This document shows, one piece after another, positions 1 through 12,500 of a stretch of DNA of 64,000 nucleotides. The stretch covers positions 248,001-312,000 of the forward strand of contig JAPMXV010000049.1 of the NCBI GenBank assembly GCA_026936335.1, read 5' to 3'. The translations under genes and the position numbers were made by a program. Under the pieces are notes generated by a model that was given only the letters and a program-made list of their open reading frames with translations, was not told the DNA's origin and ran no database searches. This DNA is from Mantamonas sphyraenae STR306. Taxonomy: Eukaryota > Protista > CRuMs. Numbering within the stretch: the first letter of the stretch is position 1; the number at the start of each line of letters is the position of its first letter.

Positions 1-3000
1 TCAGTTCTGCCACAGTCTTGTCATGCTCTTCCTTCAGCTCAGTCAATGCATCCTCATGCGACTCATCCTTGACAACGAGCGCATGCGCATGCTGCTCCTT
101 CAGCTCTTCCACAGCGTTGCCATGCTCTTCCTTCAGCCCAGACATGGCCTTGTCATGCTCTTCCTCCAGCTCAGTCAGTGCGTCCTCATGCGACTCATCC
201 TTGACAACAAGCGCTTGCGCATGCTGCTCCTTCAGTTCTGCCACAGCCTTGTCATGCTGTTCCTTCAGCTCAGTCAGTGCATCCTCATGCGACCCATCCT
301 TGACAACGAGTGCATGTGCATGCTGCTCCTTCAGTTCTGCCACAGCCTTGTCATGCTGCTCACTCAGCTCAGTCAGTGCATCCTCATGCGACTTATCCTT
401 GACAACAAGCGCTTGCGCATGCTGCTCCTTCAGTTCTGCCACAGTCTTGTCATGCTCTTCCTTCAGCTCAGTCAATGCATCCTCATGCGACTTATCCTTG
501 ACAACAAGCGCTTGCGCATGCTGCTCCTTCAGTTCTGCCACAGTCTTGTCATGCTCTTCCTTCAGCTCAGTCAATGCTTCCTCATGCGACTTATCCTTGA
601 CAACGAGCGCTTGTGCATGCTGTTCCTTCAGTTCTGCCACAGCCTTGCCATGCTCTTCCTTCAGCGCAGACATGGCCTTGTCATGCTCTTCCTCCAGCTC
701 AGTCAGTGCGTCCTCATGCGACTCATCCTTGACAATGAGCGCATGTGCATGCTGTCCCTTCAGTTCTGCCACAGCCTTGTCGTACTGCTCCTTCAGCGCA
801 GTCAGTGCATCCTCATGCGACCCATCCTTGACAACGAGCGCTTGTGCATGCTGTTCCTTCAGTTCTGCCACAGCCTTGCCATGCTCTTCCTTCAGCCCAG
901 ACATGGCCTTGTCATGCTCTTCCTTCAGCGCAGTCAGTGCATCCTCATGCGACCCATCCTTGACAACAAGCGCTTGTGCATGCTGTTCCTTCAGTTCTGC
1001 CACAGCCTTGCCATGCTCTTCCTTCAGCGCAGACATGGCCTTGTCATGCTCTTCCTCCAGCTCAGTCAGTGCGTCCTCATGCGACTCATCCTTGACAATG
1101 AGCGCATGTGCATGCTGTCCCTTCAGTTCTGCCACAGCCTTGTCGTACTGCTCCTTCAGCGCAGTCAGTGCATCCTCATGCGACCCATCCTTGACAACGA
1201 GCGCTTGTGCATGCTGTTCCTTCAGTTCTGCCACAGCCTTGCCATGCTCTTCCTTCAGCCCAGACATGGCCTTGTCATGCTCTTCCTTCAGCGCAGTCAG
1301 TGCATCCTCATGCGACCCATCCTTGACAACAAGCGCTTGCGCATGTTGCTCCTTCACTTCTGCCACAGCCTTGCCATGCTCTTCCTTCAGCGCAGACATG
1401 GCCTTGTCATGCTCTTCCTCCAGCTCAGTCAGTGCGTCCTCATGCGACTCATCCTTGACAATGAGCGCATGTGCATGCTGTCCCTTCAGTTCTGCCACAG
1501 CCTTGTCGTACTGCTCCTTCAGCGCAGTCAGTGCATCCTCATGCGACCCATCCTTGACAACGAGCGCTTGTGCATGCTGTTCCTTCAGTTCTGCCACAGC
1601 CTTGCCATGCTCTTCCTTCAGCCCAGACATGGCCTTGTCATGCTCTTCCTTCAGCGCAGTCAGTGCATCCTCATGCGACCCATCCTTGACAACAAGCGCT
1701 TGCGCATGTTGCTCCTTCACTTCTGCCACAGCCTTGCCATGCTCTTCCTTCAGCGCAGACATGGCCTTGTCATGCTCTTCCTCCAGCTCAGTCAGTGCGT
1801 CCTCATGCGACTCATCCTTGACAATGAGCGCATGTGCATGCTGTCCCTTCAGTTCTGCCACAGCCTTGTCGTACTGCTCCTTCAGCGCAGTCAGTGCATC
1901 CTCATGCGACCCATCCTTGACAACGAGCGCTTGTGCATGCTGTTCCTTCAGTTCTGCCACAGCCTTGCCATGCTCTTCCTTCAGCCCAGACATGGCCTTG
2001 TCATGCTCTTCCTTCAGCGCAGTCAGTGCATCCTCATGCGACCCATCCTTGACAACAAGCGCTTGCGCATGTTGCTCCTTCACTTCTGCCACAGCCTTGC
2101 CATGCTCTTCCTTCAGCGCAGACATGGCCTTGTCATGCTCTTCCTCCAGCTCAGTCAGTGCGTCCTCATGCGACTCATCCTTGACAATGAGCGCATGTGC
2201 ATGCTGTCCCTTCAGTTCTGCCACAGCCTTGTCGTACTGCTCCTTCAGCGCAGTCAGTGCATCCTCATGCGACCCATCCTTGACAACGAGCGCTTGTGCA
2301 TGCTGTTCCTTCAGTTCTGCCACAGCCTTGCCATGCTCTTCCTTCAGCCCAGACATGGCCTTGTCATGCTCTTCCTTCAGCGCAGTCAGTGCATCCTCAT
2401 GCGACCCATCCTTGACAACAAGCGCTTGCGCATGTTGCTCCTTCACTTCTGCCACAGCCTTGCCATGCTCTTCCTTCAGCGCAGACATGGCCTTGTCATG
2501 CTCTTCCTCCAGCTCAGTCAGTGCGTCCTCATGCGACTCATCCTTGACAATGAGCGCATGTGCATGCTGTCCCTTCAGTTCTGCCACAGCCTTGTCGTAC
2601 TGCTCCTTCAGCGCAGTCAGTGCATCCTCATGCGACCCATCCTTGACAACGAGCGCTTGTGCATGCTGTTCCTTCAGTTCTGCCACAGCCTTGCCATGCT
2701 CTTCCTTCAGCCCAGACATGGCCTTGTCATGCTCTTCCTTCAGCGCAGTCAGTGCATCCTCATGCGACCCATCCTTGACAACAAGCGCTTGCGCATGTTG
2801 CTCCTTCACTTCTGCCACAGCCTTGCCATGCTCTTCCTTCAGCCCAGACATGGCCTTGTCATGCTCTTCCTTCAGCTCAGTCAGTGCATCCTCATGCGAC
2901 TCATCCTTGACAACGAGCGCTTGCGCATGTTGCTCCTGCAGTTCTGCCACAGTCTTGTCATGCTGTTCCTTCAGCTCAGACATGGCCTTGTCATGCTCTT

Positions 3001-3500
3001 CTTTCAGCTCAGTCAATGCATCCTCATGCGACTTATCCTTGACAACAAGCGCTTGCGCATGCTGCTCCTTCAGTCTCCACAGTCTTGTCATGCTCTTCCT
3101 TCAGCTCAGTCAGTGCGTCCTCTTGCGACTCATCCTTGACAACAAGCGCTTGCGCATGTTGCTCCTTCAGTTCTGCCACAGTCTTGTCATGCTCTTCCTT
3201 CAGCTCAGACATGGCCTTGTCATGCTCTTCCTCCAGCTCAGTCAATGCATCCTCATGCGACTCATCCTTGACAACAAGCGCTTGCGCATGCTGCTCCTTC
3301 AGTTCTGCCACAGCCTTGTCATGCTCTTCCTTCAGCTCAGTCAATGCATCCTCATGCGACTCATCCTTGATAACGAGCGCCTGTGCATGCTGTTCCTGCA
3401 GTTCTGCCACAGCCTTGTCATGCTGCCCCTTCAGTTCAACCACCACTGTGTCGTGCTCCTTCTCCAGCCCAGTCACCACTACCTCGTGCTCTGCCTTCAT
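1..3500 (-). repeat. Coding tandem array of 33-bp (11-aa) units
   Basis: Translates as ELKEQHAQALV / VKDESHEDALT / ELKEEHDKAVA / (E,G,A)LKEEHDKAMS variants. The array continues off the window edge. Confidence 0.95.
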
Positions 3501-6500
3501 CGCAGCCAGTGCCTCCTTCATCTGCGTACGCTGCTCCCCACGTTCCCTTTCAAACTCTTCTCGCTCTTTCTGCACCGCCTCATCAAGCGCAGCCTTTCTC
3601 TCCTCCTCCATCTGCGCCCTCAAAGCGGCCAACGCCTCCTCCTTCTCCGTTTCCTTCAGCTGCACTGCCCCAGCCCACTTGCGACGCGACCCAGCCAGCT
3701 GCATCACCATCACCGCTTGTTTCTTCGCCGCCTCTCGTCGCCGCTCTCGCTCATCCCGACCATGGCCATCCACGCCATCATCCGTTCTCGACTCTGTGTG
3801 TGCCCCGCCTTCCTCGTGGTCCACTTCTGCCTCCACATAGGCCCGACGCACACTGCCCGTGTGCTTTTGCGCTCGCGCCATCCACACATCCTCACTGCCA
3901 CCGTTACCAGCACCACCACCAGCGCCAGTATCGCTACCCACGTCGTCACCGCCATTGCCCCAGCCCACAGTGTTCACCTCCTCCACACCCTCTCTGTACA
4001 CGGCGCCCAGTCGTCCATCCATCATCTCCGCCTCCAAGTGGTGGGCCATATCTGTCCCCGTCAGCTCTTGGGCCCTCGCACACACGACACAGCTGTCGAC
4101 GTCGTGCCTCAGCGGGTTCTCTGCACGCTCCTGTGCCAGCAGTGCCTCGCAATGGTCACGCGCAGCAGCCAACGCGACCAAGTGCGCCGCGTGCGCAAGC
4201 TCCAATTCCAACGCCGTCTGCGACGCCATACGACGCTCCTCAGCCACTGCCTCTGCTGTCCGCTCTTGCAGTGCCAATGCACCTGCCAGCCATTGCTGCT
4301 GGGTGTCCCATGCAGCCCACAGCTCTCGACGTTGGCACTGTGCACGCTCCTGCACATCAACAATCGCGTCCATTCCTTCGGACGAGAGTGTGTGACGCAC
4401 CCCGCCGACGTTGTCTGCAATCGACACAACGTCGAGTGTGCGACGGTGATCAGCTTCCAGACGGCTCCGCAGTGCCACCAGTGCCTGGTCGTGTTCAGCA
4501 CGAGCTGCTTCCAGGGTGGCTTGTGCAGCCCGTCCCAACGAGGATTGTTGCTCATCCAGCGCCTCTTGCTTCTCTCTCTCTAGCTGTTGGGCTTGATTCT
4601 CGAGCGCCTCTTGCTTCTCCATCTCCAGATGGCGGGCTTGGTCTCGCAACGCCGACTGTTTCTGCGCCTCCAGGTCGTGCGCCAGACTGTTCAACGCCGC
4701 ACGCTTCTCTTCTTCAAACTGCCTGGACATCTGTTTCAATCTGTGCTTTTCCTCCACACGATTGCTTTCACTGTCTTCAAGCTTGGAGTATGCGTTCTTA
4801 AGCGCCAACTTAATCTGCTTCAACTTTGCCCGATGCTCTTCTCGCTCTGTGTCAAGCTCTTCTTCGTGAGATTCAACCAGATCTGCGATCTGGTTTTCGT
4901 GTGACACTTGAAGCTCGTCCACCAAACTTCGGGATTCCATCTGCGCATCCCGAAGCTGACGCAACAGCATAGCTGCGTGATCTTCGTGTTCCGAAGACAG
5001 TTCATGGTAGAGGTCATCGAGCGCAGCCTCTCTCTCCTCCTCCATCTGCGCCCTCAAAGCGGCCAACGCCTCCTCCTTCTCCGTTTCCTTCAGCTGCACT
5101 GCCCCAGCCCACTTGCGACGCGACCCAGCCAGCTGCATCACCATCACCGCTTGTTTCTTCGCCGCCTCTCGTCGCCGCTCTCGCTCATCCCGACCATGGC
5201 CATCCACGCCATCATCCGTTCTCGACTCTGTGTGTGCCCCGCCTTCCTCGTGGTCCACTTCTGCCTCCACATAGGCCCGACGCACACTGCCCGTATGCTT
5301 TTGCGCTAGCGCCATCCACACATCCTCACTGCCACCGTTACCAGTACCACCACCAGCGCCAGTATCGCTACCCACGTCGTCACCGCCATTGCCCCAGCCC
5401 ACAGTGTTCACCGCCTCCACACCCTCTCTGTACACGGCGCCCAGTCGTCCATCCATCACCTCCGCCTCCAAGTGGTGGGCCATATCTGTCCCCGTCAGCT
5501 CTTGGGCCCTCGCACACACGACACAGCTGTCGACGTCGTGCCTCAGCGGGTTCTCTGCACGCTCCTGTGCCAGCAGTGCCTCGCAATGATCACGCGAAGC
5601 AGCCAACGCGACCAAGTGCGCCGCGTGCGCAAGCTCCAATTCCAACGCCGTCTGCGACGCCATACGACGCTCCTCAGCCACTGCCTCTGCTGTCCGCTCT
5701 TGCAGTGCCAATGCACCTGCCAGCCATTGCTGCTGGGTGTCCCATGCAGCCCACAGCTCTCGACGTTGGCACTGTGCACGCTCCTGCACATCAACAATCG
5801 CGTCCATTCCTTCGGACGAGAGTGTGTGACGCACCCCGCCGACGTTGTCTGCAATCGACACAACGTCGAGTGTGCGACGGTGATCAGCTTCCAGACGGCT
5901 CCGCAGTGCCACCAGTGCCTGGTCGTGTTCAGCACGAGCTGCTTCCAGGGTGGCTTGTGCAGCCCGTCCCAACGAGGATTGTTGCTCATCCAGCGCCTCT
6001 TGCTTCTCTCTCTCTAGCTGTTGGGCCTGGGATTGCAGAACTGAATCTTGCTCCCTCTCATGCATCTGATCCTTGACAACGAGCGCTTGTGCATGCTGTT
6101 CCTTCAGTTCTGCCACAGCCTTGTCATGCTCTTCCTTCAGCTCAGTCAGTGCATCCTCATGCGACCCATCCTTGACAACGAGCGCTTGTGCATGTTGCTC
6201 CTTCAGTTCTGCCACAGCCTTGCCATGCTCTTCCTTCAGCCCAGACATGGCCTTGTCATGCTCTTTCTTCAGCTCAGTCAATGCATCCTCATGCGACTCA
6301 TCCTTGACAACGAGCGCTTGCGCATGCTGCTCCTGCAGTTCTGCCACAGTCTTGTCATGCTGTTCCTTCAGCTCAGACATGGCCTTGTCATGCTCTTCCT
6401 TCAGCTCAGTCAGTGCATCCTCATGCGACTCATCCTTGATAACGAGCGCCTGTGCATGCTGTTCCTTCAGTTCTGCCACAGTCTTGTCATGCTGTTCCTT

Positions 6501-9500
6501 CAGTTCAACCACCACTGTGTCGTGCTCCTTCTCCAGCCCAGTCACCACTACCTCGTGCTCTGCCTTCATCGCAGCCAGTGCCTCCTTCATCTGCGTACGC
6601 TGCTCCCCACGTTCCCTTTCAAACTCTTCTCGCTCCTTCTGCACCGCCTCATCAAGCGCAGCCTCTCTCTCCTCCTCCATCTGCGCCCTCAAAGCGGCCA
6701 ACGCCTCCTCCTTCTCCGTTTCCTTCAGCTGCACTGCCCCAGCCCACTTGCGACGCGACCCAGCCAGCTGCATCACCATCACCGCTTGTTTCTTCGCCGC
6801 CTCTCGTCGCCGCTCTCGCTCATACCGACCATGGCCATCCACGCCATCATCCGTTCTCGACTCTGTGTGTGCCCCGCCTTCCTCGTGGTCCACTTCTGCC
6901 TCCACATAGGCCCGACGCACACTGCCCGTATGCTTTTGCGCTAGCGCCATCCACACATCCTCACTGCCACCGTTACCAGTACCACCACCAGCGCCAGTAT
7001 CGCTACCCACGTCGTCACCGCCATTGCCCCAGCCCACAGTGTTCACCGCCTCCACACCCTCTCTGTACACGGCGCCCAGTCGTCCATCCATCATCTCTGC
7101 CTCCAAGTGGTGGGCCATATGTGTCCCTGTCAGCTCTTGGGCCCTCGCACACACGACACAGCTGTCGACGTCGTGCCTCAGCGGGTTCTCTGCACGCTCC
7201 TGTGCCAGCAGTGCCTCGCAATGATCACGCGCAGCAGCCAACGCGACCAAGTGCGCCGCGTGCGCAAGCTCCAATTCCAACGCCGTCTGCGACGCCATAC
7301 GACGCTCCTCAGCCACTGCCTCTGCTGTCCGCTCTTGCAGTGCCAATGCCCCAGCCAGCCATTGCTGCTGGGTGTCCCATGCAGCCCACAGCTCTCGACG
7401 TTGACACTGTGCGCGTTCTTGCGCCTCCATGCGGAGCTGTGCGTTTGACCATTGTACCCCACTGTGTAAAGTGTTGCTCTGCAACAACTTCGGAAGCACT
7501 GACCCGCGTGCCAGCAGTTTACGTGCAAGGCTCTGCTCGCGTCGAATGCGCAGGGACATTCCCCTTTCCGAGTTCTGCGCGTACCACAGATGTCTTCTGG
7601 CCGCTGTTCTAGAAGCCGTGCCGTCCTTCGAAACCACATCCTCAGGTGCGAAACGCATCATGTAGCGCTTCCCAGATCCGTGTGCTCGCTTGTTGCTCAC
7701 TACCAACGACGCTTCGCACGTCTCCGGTTGGATCAATGACCAGGAGCATTTCACAGCCACTTCGGGCAGGCCACTTGAATCGATGGCCGCGTCTCGGCGT
7801 GCTGCCCATTCCAGTTCACTCAAACGATGCTGAAGTCGCGCATTGGTTCGCTGTGCCGTTCTGAGCTCTCCCTGCGCAATCAACACCTGCGCTTTGACCT
7901 TCTTCACGGCTGGATTCACGCTGGAGCGCTCAAGCCTATCTACCCGGCGCGTTGGCGCGACATCTGATTGCGTGTGCGCTCGCCTGTTCTCCGCGCCGAA
8001 TCTCTCCGCATCCTTCCACACTTCCTCCTCATCCAGAACAGGAGACAAAGCCGCTGGCACGGCGTACGGATGCCATACCTCCTGGCATTCCTTCTCCAGT
8101 CGCGAGCACTGTGCCTGCAAGCGTGCCACGGTCTCCACTGCATCTTCATCCCCTATCATTGCCTTGAAGCGATCCGCTTCTGCATATGCCTGGCGGAGTT
8201 GCTTACGTTTCAGCTTCAGCTCGCGCTCCAGCTGCATCAGAACACTCGGGCTGGCACCTGCATTTTCACCGACATCGCGAAGACCCTCATACCGCCGTTG
8301 GAACGTCAGCTTCTCGTCTTTTGCCTCCCTCAGTTCCTGACGAAGATTCTGCTCCGCATGGGTGGCCGCGGCAAGTGCGGATTGCACCATTCCCAACTCG
8401 CTCTGGCACCGAAGGTACCTGTCGGAAAGTTCGTCACGCTCTCGCATGGCCTCATTCCGTTCCGTGCGCATGGTTTCAGTTTGCTCTTGTCCACGATGCA
8501 GCTCTTCTTGGCTTTGTTTGGTGTGTACGCGAGCTGCATGCAGCTCCTCCACTGCCTTCCGCCTACCCTCTCGTGCCATTTGATGTTCCATTCGTGCCTC
8601 CTCCAGCTTAGCTTGTAGGTGATACGCCTCTGCTTGCTGCGTGTCACTGTTTTCGTCACCGTCTGTTCTCGTGGCCCGAAGATGAGCATTCTCAACCATG
8701 ATGCTGTCGAGCTTTTCACGCAATCGTTGAGCCTCGTGTTGAGCCTCCTTCAACGCGCTGCTGCTTTGATCTGCTTGCACTGTGGTTTCGGCAAGGCGTT
8801 CTTGCAGCCGTTTGACCGTGTCTCTCATCTGCACATTGTCTCGCTGCGCCTGCTCAAGTGCACGCCGGTGCTGAACTGCCTCACGCAGTGCTTGGTCCAG
8901 AGAGTCTTGAAGCTCATCCATCTTCACGGTTGGAGCGTGCTGTCCTTCCATCTCGTCTCCGTCGGTGCGCACCGTCATCTCCAGCTCCTCGCGCGTGCCG
9001 TCCAGCTCATCTTGCAGCTGGGCATGGGTCTCTGCCAATCGCCAGTGCTCAAACTCGTTGCGTTTGGCGTCTATTTCGACCGTTTGCAGCTTGTCTTGCA
9101 GAGAGTGGACGCGCTCCCGAAGCTCCTCGCGATCGGCCTCGAGGGCTTCCGCGCGTGCCAGAGCCCGCTCGAGTTCGCTGCGATCAACACGTGCCCTCAC
9201 TAGCTCCAGTTCGGCAGCATGGGAAGCTTCTTTGGCCTTCTGAGCCTCGTGTGTTTGAAGGATCGACTGCTGCTGTGCGCTTGCCAGGGCCTCGCGCATT
9301 TCCTCTGCACCGGCCAGCTCCCTCTGCAAAAGGTTGATCTGTGCACGAGCGTCTCCAAGCTCCACCTCACGATCTTGCAGACGAGCATGAACCGCGTTTC
9401 TCTCCCGTTGCAGCTCTTCTTCGTGTGTCCGGGCTCGAGCGACCATCGTCTCCGCTATCTGTTGCTCCTTTGAATGCAAGGCCGCTGCAGCCTCGGCCTG

Positions 9501-12500
9501 TCGTTGCATCTCGTTCACAAGCTCGGTGGCTTTGCGTGCTTCTTCTTGGGCCACTTCCACTTGTTGCCGTTGTTGTTGTAGCGCTTGCTTGATCTCAGCT
9601 TGCTGCTCGAGTTGTGTCTGCTGTGTCTCCACAGTCCCATTCAGCTTCTCCACAACCCGCTCCAGTCCTTTCGCTTCCCTCTCCGCCCTCAATGCTTCCT
9701 CTCGTGCCACCTGTGCCTCTTGCAAAGCTGCTCTTCGTCCCTCTTTTGCCTCCTGGGCTTCCTTTTCAGCTGATTTCGCTCGTGCTTCTGCTTCTCTTGC
9801 TCTCCCCTCAACAGCTTCCATTCGCACGCGCATCTCCTCCGCCTGTACATCCACCACCACCTTACCATCTTTCCCCTCCTCCCCTTCCTCTCCCCAGCGT
9901 CGCATCAACCGTTTCGCCTCCATCCCAGCCAGTGCTGCTTTTCCCTCCGCTTCCCCCAACGCTTTGTTCCACTCTCTCCGTGCTGCTTCGTGTTCTGCCC
10001 GCGCACGTGCAACTTCCCTTCGTGCCTCTTCGGCTTCAGCCATCGCTGCGTCTGCCCTCTGTTCCTCGCGCACCCGTCTGCTCTCCTCTCGTTTTCGTTC
10101 TCGTTCGCTGGCCCGAGCAGCATTCTCCAGCGCTTCACACTTCCGTTCATGCTCTTCTTGTGCACGCAACGTTTCCCTCTGAGCATCTGCAAGGGCAGCC
10201 CGTGCACTGCTGCGTTCCTCGACCCTCGCCAGCTTTGTGCTTGCCAGTGTTGCCTCCATCGTCCGCACAGCCTCTCGCTCTTGTTCCCACAGTGCGTGTG
10301 CTTCTGCTGCGCGCTGTTCCGCCCGCGTGCGCTCTTTCCTCTTCTCTCTTCTTCTCCATACTCTGTACATCCAGCTTGCGTTCCAACTGGGCCACTTTCA
10401 GAGCCAGGCGCTGCTCGTTTTCCACAGCCTCGTGCCTGCGAGCCTGTTCGGATTCCACTTCCAGTTGCAACTCATCCACGAGCGACTGAAGGTCGTTGTG
10501 TGCTTGTTCCTGACTTTGCTTGTCTGCACGCAGGTCGGCCACCGATTGGGTGAGCGTTTGGCACTCTTGCTCAGCATTGGCTGCACGTTGCTGTGCGAGG
10601 TCGAGCTGCTGTTGGAGAGAGTCAATGGTGAGCTGACGAGTGGCAAGCTGATCGTTGGAGCGGTTCAGCTGATCACGAAGGTCAGCCTGCGCTTGTTGTG
10701 TGTCGTCCAAGCTGCTCTGGCTCGTGGACGCTTCTGCTTCAAAGGTGTTGCATCGGGAATTGGATTCAGCAAGTGACTGCTCCAGCACCTGTGCTGTGGA
10801 TTCCAGGGTCTGGATGCGATCACAAGCTTCCGCGAGTTGTTCTGACGAGTGTGCTGCAGCTGCCTCAGCCTCTTCCCTGCTGCGTTGCAAGCGATCACCC
10901 AATGCTTGAGCGGCTCGGCGCAATGCTGTGTTCTCCTCGAGCAAGCGCTGCATGTCGGCGTCGTGCTCTCCGCGCGCTTTGACCTCACTCTCCAGCCGTG
11001 CTGCGACACTTGACGCCTCTGCTTGTGCATGTGACGCGGCGCGCAGTGCTTGCTCCAGGCGCTCGCGTAGGATGGGTAGCTGCTCGAGTTGTGTCTGCTG
11101 TGTCTCCACAGTCCCATTCAGCTTCTCCACAACCCGCTCCAGTCCTTTCGCTTCCCTCTCCGCCCTCAATGCTTCCTCTCGTGCCACCTGTGCCTCTTGC
11201 AAAGCTGCTCTTCGTCCCTCTTTTGCCTCCTGGGCTTCCTTTTCAGCTGATTTCGCTCGTGCTTCTGCTTCTCTTGCTCTCCCCTCAACAGCTTCCATTC
11301 GCACGCGCATCTCCTCCGCCTGTACATCCACCACCACCTTACCATCTTTCCCCTCCTCCCCTTCCTCTCCCCAGCGTCGCATCAACCGTTTCGCCTCCAT
11401 CCCAGCCAGTGCTGCTTTTCCCTCCGCTTCCCCCAACGCTTTGTTCCACTCTCTCCGTGCTGCTTCGTGTTCTGCCCGCGCACGTGCAACTTCCCTTCGT
11501 GCCTCTTCGGCTTCAGCCATCGCTGCGTCTGCCCTCTGTTCCTCGCGCACCCGTCTGCTCTCCTCTCGTTTTCGTTCTCGTTCGCTGGCCCGAGCAGCAT
11601 TCTCCAGCGCTTCACACTTCCGTTCATGCTCTTCTTGTGCACGCAACGTTTCCCTCTGAGCATCTGCAAGGGCAGCCCGTGCACTGCTGCGTTCCTCGAC
11701 CCTCGCCAGCTTTGTGCTTGCCAGTGTTGCCTCCATCGTCCGCACAGCCTCTCGCTCTTGTTCCCACAGTGCGTGTGCTTCTGCTGCGCGCTGTTCCGCC
11801 CGCGTGCGCTCTTCCTCTTCTCTCTTCTTCTCCATACTCTGTACATCCAGCTTGCGTTCCAACTGGGCCACTTTCAGAGCCAGGCGCTGCTCGTTTTCCA
11901 CAGCCTCGTGCCTGCGAGCCTGTTCGGATTCCACTTCCAGTTGCAACTCATCCACGAGCGACTGAAGGTCGTTGTGTGCTTGTTCCTGACTATGCTTGTC
12001 TGCACGTAGGTCGGCCACCGATTGGGTGAGCGTTTGGCACTCTTGCTCAGCATTGGCAGCACGTTGCTGTGCGACGTCGAGCTGCTGTTGGAGAGAGTCA
12101 ATGGTGAGCTGGCGAGTGGCAAGCTGATCGTTGGAGCGGTTCAGCTGATCACGAAGGTCAGCCTGCGCTTGTTGTGTGTCGTCCAAGCTGCTCCTGCTCT
12201 CCTGCAGCGCCGACGACATCTCTTGGGCTTGGCGGAGGTGAGATACGTGCTCATCTTGCAGCTGCTGATATAAAAGCTGTGTATCCACGAGTTCCTGGCG
12301 CACTTTGAGCAGCTCGCCCTGCTGCGAGGTGTACGCGGTTGCCAATTCGCGATTCTGTGCTTGCAACGCCACCACCCGCCGGCCAGCCTCTTGTAGAGCC
12401 TGCCGCTGTTTCTTTGTGTGTTGTTCATGTTCAAGGAGCAGCGAGTGCACCTGAACAAGTTGTTGATCCTTGCGTGCTAGTTCTGAGCGCAGTTCGTTGC

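Noticed and set aside
1-3500. CRISPR array or non-coding satellite
   Set aside because: There are no unique spacers. Unit lengths are multiples of 33 and keep a coding frame, and the context is eukaryotic.
18-4583. Long plus-strand ORFs of 1521 aa (Ser/Cys-rich) and 1038 aa (Leu/Met-rich)
   Set aside because: These are antisense shadows of the 33-bp repeat, whose unit lacks stops in those frames. Their translations swap at the 3074 indel. The minus frame gives a coherent amphipathic helix continuous with gene B.
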